Assembly: GCA_001695645.1 (NCBI GenBank)
Contig: LVZN01000029.1
Coordinates: 1 to 7,503 of the forward strand
Direction of reading: 5' to 3'
DNA: 7,503 bases
Origin: Erysipelotrichaceae bacterium MTC7
GTDB taxonomy: Bacteria > Bacillota_I > Bacilli_A > Erysipelotrichales > Erysipelotrichaceae
The notes below the pieces were generated by a model. It was given only the letters and a program-made list of their open reading frames with translations, made no database searches and was not told where the DNA came from. Positions 1 through 4,671 of this stretch are shown here, piece by piece (the stretch's first letter is position 1; the number at the start of each line of letters is the position of its first letter). A program made the translations under genes and the position numbers.

Positions 1-1
1 C

Positions 2-82
2 TACATCGGCTTTGAAGATGATACGGGCTATTACCACTACAACGTGGATGTAGCCAAACATTATGAAATAGGAGGTAATTAA
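2..82 (+). CDS. 3' end of an upstream ORF (partial; function unknown, by position possibly a tail-completion or head-tail joining protein)
   Basis: Frame 2 is the only frame open from the left edge (YIGFEDDTGYYHYNVDVAKHYEIGGN*), with TAA at 80-82. It ends 2 nt before the next ATG and carries that gene's SD in its last codons. Frames 1 and 3 stop at 13-15 and 51-53. Confidence 0.5.
   Translation, partial: YIGFEDDTGYYHYNVDVAKHYEIGGN
71..75 (+). promoter_or_regulatory. Shine-Dalgarno (GGAGG) for the major tail protein gene
   Basis: GGAGG lies 9 nt upstream of ATG 85. Confidence 0.75.
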
Positions 83-84
83 AA

Positions 85-669
85 ATGGCAACAATTGGTC
101 TGGATAAACTTTACTATGCGACCATCACAGATGATGAAAATGGCGAAGAAATCTATGGCACACCCACTCAGCTGGCAAAAGCAATCTCAGCCGAGTTATC
201 TGTTGAACTGGCAGAGGCAACCCTCTATGCAGATGATGGTGCGGCAGAAATCGTCAAAGAATTTAAGAATGGCACTATCTCTCTTGGAGTAGATGATATT
301 GGCTCGACTACTGCAGCCGCCTTAACCGGTGTCACGGTTGATAAGAACAACGTTGTGGTTTCTAACAGTGAAGATGGCGGGGATCCTGTGGCCGTCGGTT
401 TTAGAGCAAAGAAATCCAATGGCAAGTATAAATACTACTGGCTCTACCGAGTGAAATTCGGTATTCCTGCCACCAACCTAGCAACAAAAGGTGACAGTAT
501 TACATTCTCAACACCAACAATTGAAGGTACGGTTCTCCGAAGAAACAAGCCGGATACAAGTGGTAAACATCCATGGAAAGCGGAAGTGACCGAAGGCGAT
601 AAGGATGTACCGGCATCGGTTATCAGCGGTTGGTATACAGAAGTCTATGAACCGGATTACACAGTATAA
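85..669 (+). CDS. Major tail (tube) protein, phi13/TP901-1-like siphovirus family
   Basis: 194-aa ORF with ATG and a strong SD. The N-terminus MATIGLDKLYYATITDDENGEEIYGTP..LAKAIS and the YYWLYRVKFG segment resemble the phi13-family major tail protein pattern recalled from memory. It sits immediately upstream of the chaperone and tape measure genes. Confidence 0.85.
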   Translation: MATIGLDKLYYATITDDENGEEIYGTPTQLAKAISAELSVELAEATLYADDGAAEIVKEFKNGTISLGVDDIGSTTAAALTGVTVDKNNVVVSNSEDGGDPVAVGFRAKKSNGKYKYYWLYRVKFGIPATNLATKGDSITFSTPTIEGTVLRRNKPDTSGKHPWKAEVTEGDKDVPASVISGWYTEVYEPDYTV

Positions 670-674
670 GGAGG
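670..674 (+). promoter_or_regulatory. Shine-Dalgarno fused to the preceding stop (TAAGGAGG)
   Basis: TAA 667-669 runs directly into GGAGG 670-674, 8 nt before ATG 683. Confidence 0.75.
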
Positions 675-682
675 GATAATTC

Positions 683-1066
683 ATGGATAACGAACGAACA
701 GCAAGCATTAGTATTGGTGGCGATGAATATGTGCTACTACTTACTACAAAGGCAACAAAGGAAATTGCAGGACGATATGGTGGTCTTGAAAACCTAGGCG
801 ATAAGCTAATGAAGTCTGAGAATGTTGAGATGGCACTTTCAGAGATTGTGTGGCTGATTACCTTACTGGCCAATCAAAGTACCCTTGTCTATAACATCAA
901 GCACAAGGATGCACCGAAGGAATTACTAACAGAAGATGAGGTGGAAATTCTCACAAGCCCGATTGATTTGGCAGAGTACAAAGAGGCAATAATGTATGCC
1001 CTTTACAAGGGTGCAAAAAGAAATGTACTCAGTGAGGAAAGCCCAAAAAACGCAGTAGCCCCGTAA
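683..1066 (+). CDS. Tail assembly chaperone, short (G-like) product
   Basis: 127-aa ORF between the major tail and tape measure genes. It has a slippery heptamer 5 codons before its stop and an open -1 frame downstream. Size and position match gpG-type chaperones. Confidence 0.8.
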   Translation: MDNERTASISIGGDEYVLLLTTKATKEIAGRYGGLENLGDKLMKSENVEMALSEIVWLITLLANQSTLVYNIKHKDAPKELLTEDEVEILTSPIDLAEYKEAIMYALYKGAKRNVLSEESPKNAVAP

Positions 1067-1254
1067 GTGACGAAGAGTTATTTACGAGGCTTTTATATTA
1101 CGGCATCAGTCTATTACATCTGACCATGGATGAATTTTGGCTGATGCCGTTTGGTTTGCTACTAGACTTGTGGGAGTGCCACAAACAGTATCAGGGGCTG
1201 GCAAAACCAAAAAGAGAGATATTTATTGATGACATTATCCCTGATGGAATTTGA
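683..1254 (+). CDS. Tail assembly chaperone, long -1 frameshift (GT-like) product: join(683..1051,1051..1254)
   Basis: 123 aa in frame 0, then 67 aa in the -1 frame (RSSPVSDEELFTRLLYYGISLLHLTMDEFWLMPFGLLLDLWECHKQYQGLAKPKREIFIDDIIPDGI*) with no stops. This extension fills the otherwise unexplained 184-nt gap and ends just before the tape measure SD. Confidence 0.7.
1045..1051 (+). promoter_or_regulatory. -1 programmed ribosomal frameshift slippery heptamer A_AAA_AAC
   Basis: The zero-frame codons are cc[A AAA AAC], a perfect X_XXY_YYZ site. The -1 frame is open from 1051 to TGA 1252-1254. Confidence 0.7.
1057..1091 (+). promoter_or_regulatory. Candidate frameshift-stimulatory hairpin
   Basis: AGCCCCGTAA (1057-1066) pairs with TTACGAGGCT (1082-1091): 10 bp with one C-A mismatch and a 15-nt loop. 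The stem starts 5-6 nt after the heptamer. Paired by eye; no energy was computed. Confidence 0.3.
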
Positions 1255-1258
1255 CAAA

Positions 1259-1263
1259 GGAGG
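1259..1263 (+). promoter_or_regulatory. Shine-Dalgarno for the tape measure gene
   Basis: AAAGGAGGTGG, with GGAGG 8 nt upstream of ATG 1272. Confidence 0.8.
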
Positions 1264-1271
1264 TGGAAAAC

Positions 1272-3878
1272 ATGGCAGATAATTTTGGTTTGAAAATCGG
1301 CCTTGAAGGCGAGAAAGAATTTAAAAAGGCATTAACAGATATCAATCGTTCCTTTAAAGTACTTGGCTCTGAAATGAAACTGGTAGCCTCAGAATTTGAT
1401 AAAAACGATAAGTCTGTCCAGGCTCTTTCCGCCAGAAATTCAGTCCTCAACAAAGAGATTGAAACCCAAAAAAGCAAAATTGATACCTTGAGGTCGGCTC
1501 TAGAAAATGCAGCTACCTCCTTTGGAGAAACTGATAGAAGAACACAAAACTGGCAGATTCAATTGAACAATGCTGAGGCGGCACTCAACAATATGGAGCG
1601 AGAGTTAAGTAGCAATAATGCTGCTCTTGAAGAAGCTAACTCCAATTATGATGATGCCGAAGATGCTCTCGATGACATGAACCGTGAAATGAACGATGTC
1701 ACCGACAGTGCAGATGATATGGGAAAAGAGATTGATGAGGCAGCTGACTCTGCTGAAAAGTCTGAATCTAAGTTTAAAGGTTTAGGTACAACTCTAAAAT
1801 CTATCGGTATTGCCATGGGAGCAGTTGCTGTTGCAGCAGGTGCGGCGGCTGTCAAACTTGGTAAAGAAGTCATTTCTGCTTATGCAGATTACGAACAATT
1901 AGTCGGTGGTGTGGATACGCTTTTTAAAGAAAACTCTCAGCAGTTACAAGACTATGCATCGAATGCCTATAAGACGGCAGGTCTTTCTGCCAATGACTAC
2001 ATGGAAACCGTCACATCTTTTTCTGCAAGCCTTATTTCTTCTCTTGGAGGAGATACTGAAAAAGCCGTTAAATATGCGGATATGGCGATTACTGATATGT
2101 CTGACAATGCCAATAAAATGGGTACAGACATGGAATCCATTCAAAATGCCTATCAGGGTTTTGCTAAGCAAAATTACACCATGCTAGATAACCTTAAACT
2201 AGGCTATGGTGGTACAAAAAGTGAAATGGAGCGGCTCCTTGCCGATGCCGAGGCCATCTCTGGTATTGAGTATGATGTTTCTTCGTATGCCGATGTAGTT
2301 TCTGCCATCCATGTCATTCAAGAAAGCATGGGTATTGCTGGTACGACTGCTCTTGAGGCAGAGGAGACTATTTCAGGATCCTTGAATGCCTTTGAATCAG
2401 CTTTACAAAATCTTTTAATTGGTTTTGGAAATGCTGATGCGGATATGGAACAACTCAGTAAAAACATGGTGGATGCCTTTCAGTCTGTGGTAAAAAACAT
2501 TACCCCAGTGATTGAAAATATCGTAAAGGCCCTGCCCATAGCAATTGAAGCATTATTGGATGCTATTTCAGATTTGTTACCGACACTGCTTGCTACGGTG
2601 ACAGATTTATTTACTCAAGTACTGAACGCACTGATGAACCTACTACCTACCCTAATACCGGTAGCAGTTGATTCCATCCTCACGATTGTGAATGCCTTGA
2701 TTGAAAACTTACCACTGCTAGTGGATGCAGCCGTTCAGTTAATTGCAGCCTTAGTGGATGGTCTTGGGCAGGCTCTCCCAGAACTGATTCCTGCGGCAGT
2801 TAATGCAATTACTACGATTGTGCAAGGTTTGGTGGATAATCTACCCATGCTTCTCGATGCAGCACTGCAGTTAATACTGGGTTTGGCTCAGGGGCTACTT
2901 GAGGCGATCCCGCAACTAGTTGAGACTCTCCCTACGATTATTTTGGCAATCGTTGATTTTATTATTAGCGCAATTCCTCAGATTATAGATGCAGGTATTC
3001 AGCTATTAACATCGCTGGTTGCAGCCTTGCCTGAAATTATTACGGCGATTGTTGAGGCGATTCCACAGATAATTGATGGGATATTGAATGGAATTTTAAG
3101 TTCGATTCCACAACTCATTCAAGCGGGTGTCGACTTACTTGTTGCACTGGTTCAAAATCTACCGACCATTATTACCACCATTGTTGCAGCGATACCTCAA
3201 ATTATTTCAAGTATTGTAAATGCCTTAATGGGAAACATCGACAAGATCATTATGGCAGGGGTTCAGCTATTCGTAGCACTCATTCAGAACTTACCAACCA
3301 TTGTGGTAGAAATCGTAAAAGCAGTGCCCCAGATTATTGGCGGCATCGTCAGAGCATTTACAAACTCCATGGGTTCAATCGTGACCGTGGGGGGCAACAT
3401 TGTAAAAGGGTTATGGCAGGGTATTCAATCCCTTGCTTCTTGGTTATGGAATAAAGTAAGTGGTTGGATTAGTGGTATTTGGACGGGCATCAAGGATTTC
3501 TTTGGTATCAAGTCACCATCGAAACAGATGGGGTGGGTTGGAGAAATGCTTGTGAAAGGTCTTGCAGGTTCTATCCAAGATAACGGTGATGAGGCTGTAA
3601 AAGCAGCTGAGATGATGAGCGAGGATATCAACGATGTGATGACCAGTCTTGCCAGTGATATGAGTACATCCTTGCCTACAGACTTTTCAGTGGATACTTC
3701 CGTTGGTGGTGTGATTTCAAATGCAGCGACCTCTTCCCTAGGTGGTGTCAGTGGGTCGCTGGTTACTGTACAGCAGATGATTGTACGAAGTGAAGATGAT
3801 ATCAGAAGGGTATCTCAGGAACTTTATAACTTAATTCAAACAGGCTCTCGTGCTCAGGGTCGATTTTCTACAACATAA
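1272..3878 (+). CDS. Tail tape measure protein (868 aa from ATG 1272)
   Basis: Largest helical ORF, directly after the chaperone pair. It has a coiled-coil-like N-terminus (MADNFGLKIGLEGEKEFKKALTDINRSFKVLGSEMKLVASEF..) and a Gly/Ala-rich hydrophobic segment (IGIAMGAVAVAAGAAAV). A conserved core (NAYQGFAKQNYTMLDNLKLGYGGTKSEMERLL) is followed by a long Pro-punctuated hydrophobic repeat array. Near the C-terminus is a Trp-rich segment with FGIKSPSKQM, typical of Gram-positive phage tape measures. The ORF-track TTG start at 1251 is rejected because it lies upstream of the SD. Confidence 0.95.
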   Translation: MADNFGLKIGLEGEKEFKKALTDINRSFKVLGSEMKLVASEFDKNDKSVQALSARNSVLNKEIETQKSKIDTLRSALENAATSFGETDRRTQNWQIQLNNAEAALNNMERELSSNNAALEEANSNYDDAEDALDDMNREMNDVTDSADDMGKEIDEAADSAEKSESKFKGLGTTLKSIGIAMGAVAVAAGAAAVKLGKEVISAYADYEQLVGGVDTLFKENSQQLQDYASNAYKTAGLSANDYMETVTSFSASLISSLGGDTEKAVKYADMAITDMSDNANKMGTDMESIQNAYQGFAKQNYTMLDNLKLGYGGTKSEMERLLADAEAISGIEYDVSSYADVVSAIHVIQESMGIAGTTALEAEETISGSLNAFESALQNLLIGFGNADADMEQLSKNMVDAFQSVVKNITPVIENIVKALPIAIEALLDAISDLLPTLLATVTDLFTQVLNALMNLLPTLIPVAVDSILTIVNALIENLPLLVDAAVQLIAALVDGLGQALPELIPAAVNAITTIVQGLVDNLPMLLDAALQLILGLAQGLLEAIPQLVETLPTIILAIVDFIISAIPQIIDAGIQLLTSLVAALPEIITAIVEAIPQIIDGILNGILSSIPQLIQAGVDLLVALVQNLPTIITTIVAAIPQIISSIVNALMGNIDKIIMAGVQLFVALIQNLPTIVVEIVKAVPQIIGGIVRAFTNSMGSIVTVGGNIVKGLWQGIQSLASWLWNKVSGWISGIWTGIKDFFGIKSPSKQMGWVGEMLVKGLAGSIQDNGDEAVKAAEMMSEDINDVMTSLASDMSTSLPTDFSVDTSVGGVISNAATSSLGGVSGSLVTVQQMIVRSEDDIRRVSQELYNLIQTGSRAQGRFSTT
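2499..3359 (+). repeat. In-frame protein tandem repeat array in the tape measure, about 6.5 units of 44 aa (132 nt)
   Basis: Unit boundaries at the L/I-P codons fall at 2643, 2775, 2907, 3027, 3159 and 3291. Examples: LPEIITAIVEA-IPQIIDGILNGILSS-IPQLIQAGVDLLVALVQN and LPTIITTIVAA-IPQIISSIVNALMGN-IDKIIMAGVQLFVALIQN. One unit is 40 aa. Copies have diverged at synonymous positions. Confidence 0.85.
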
Positions 3879-3883
3879 GGAGG
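3879..3883 (+). promoter_or_regulatory. Shine-Dalgarno fused to the tape measure stop (TAAGGAGGTG)
   Basis: TAA 3876-3878 is followed by GGAGG 3879-3883, 7 nt before ATG 3891. Confidence 0.8.
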
Positions 3884-3890
3884 TGTGCCG

Positions 3891-4667
3891 ATGGGTTTTT
3901 CATATAACGATATTTCTTCAAAAAGCATGGGACTAAAAGCTAGGCTCACTTCCTGGCAAGTCTGTGGAGGAATGCGTAATTTTACCACCACCGTACCTGG
4001 AAAGTATGGTGTGACAGACTTTGGAGCTGATTTTGATTACCGAGAAATAAATGTAGCTTGTAATATCTATCCTAAGCATAGCTTTTCTGCACTTGTGGCT
4101 ACCCTTGATAATATTTCTACTTGGCTTGATCCAATGCACGGGTTGAGACAGCTTGTTTTTGATGATGTGCCAGATAGGTATTTCATGGCAAGGCTGAATG
4201 AAAAAGTGGACTGTGAACGACTCATTCGTTTTGCAGGAAGTTTTAACTTGAAGTTTTTCTGTCCTGACCCTTTTGCCTATGCCATTACAGATGAGGTCTA
4301 TTTGATAGAAAGCGAAGGCAATCACTCGATTACAAGACAGACCGGTAATGTTGAATCCAATCCTATGTATCGCTTGAAGGGAATCATCACATCGGGTGTG
4401 AACAATTCTATTTCTGTTACAACCAATGGCTTGGAAATAAAAATAGTGAATGCTGTACTTTTGGCGGAAGAAACACTTGTCATTGATACAGATAAGATGA
4501 CGGCTTATGTGGAAGACGAAAACGGGATCATCTTAAGAAACGCTTTGCCTTACCTAGAGGAGATTGATTTTCCAAGTCTCAATGTAGGCAATAATACCCT
4601 AGCAATAACAACAAATAATGCTGTATTTACAGCGCTTGAAATAAAGGCTCGCAGTAGATGGAGGTGA
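3891..4667 (+). CDS. Distal tail protein (Dit), classical size (258 aa)
   Basis: It immediately follows the tape measure gene. The N-terminus MGFSYNDISSKSMGLKA.., then DRYFMARL and the FFCPDPFAYA motif, fit the siphovirus tail-component (Dit) N-terminal domain pattern. The ORF-track GTG start at 3885 is only 1 nt from the SD, so ATG 3891 is preferred. Confidence 0.85.
   Translation: MGFSYNDISSKSMGLKARLTSWQVCGGMRNFTTTVPGKYGVTDFGADFDYREINVACNIYPKHSFSALVATLDNISTWLDPMHGLRQLVFDDVPDRYFMARLNEKVDCERLIRFAGSFNLKFFCPDPFAYAITDEVYLIESEGNHSITRQTGNVESNPMYRLKGIITSGVNNSISVTTNGLEIKIVNAVLLAEETLVIDTDKMTAYVEDENGIILRNALPYLEEIDFPSLNVGNNTLAITTNNAVFTALEIKARSRWR
4660..4664 (+). promoter_or_regulatory. Shine-Dalgarno overlapping the Dit stop (GGAGGTGA)
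   Basis: GGAGG 4660-4664, TGA 4665-4667, and GTG start at 4672 (7-nt spacing). Confidence 0.75.
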
Positions 4668-4671
4668 TCCA

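Noticed and set aside
95-292. Same-strand alternative-frame ORFs at 95-292, 1906-2187 and 5651-5881.
   Set aside because: They are embedded out of frame inside the major tail, tape measure and Tal genes. They have no SD and their composition is odd (Met/Trp/Arg-rich). They are best explained as chance open frames.
1067-1250. The 184-nt apparent non-coding gap, as a possible promoter, ncRNA or independent small gene.
   Set aside because: It is fully open in the -1 frame, entered through a perfect slippery heptamer, and ends right at the tape measure SD. The chaperone frameshift extension explains it. I saw no convincing -35/-10 pair.
1251-1271. ORF-track upstream starts: TTG 1251 for the tape measure, GTG 3885 for Dit and TTG 7207 for the small ORF.
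   Set aside because: TTG 1251 lies upstream of the SD (GGAGG 1259-1263). GTG 3885 is 1 nt and TTG 7207 is 4 nt from their SDs. ATG 1272, ATG 3891 and GTG 7210 have 7-8 nt spacing.
2499-3359. Periodic repeats, as a possible CRISPR array or DNA-level satellite or mobile repeat.
   Set aside because: The periodicity is at the protein level, in frame within one ORF, with diverged nucleotide copies and no spacer-repeat structure.
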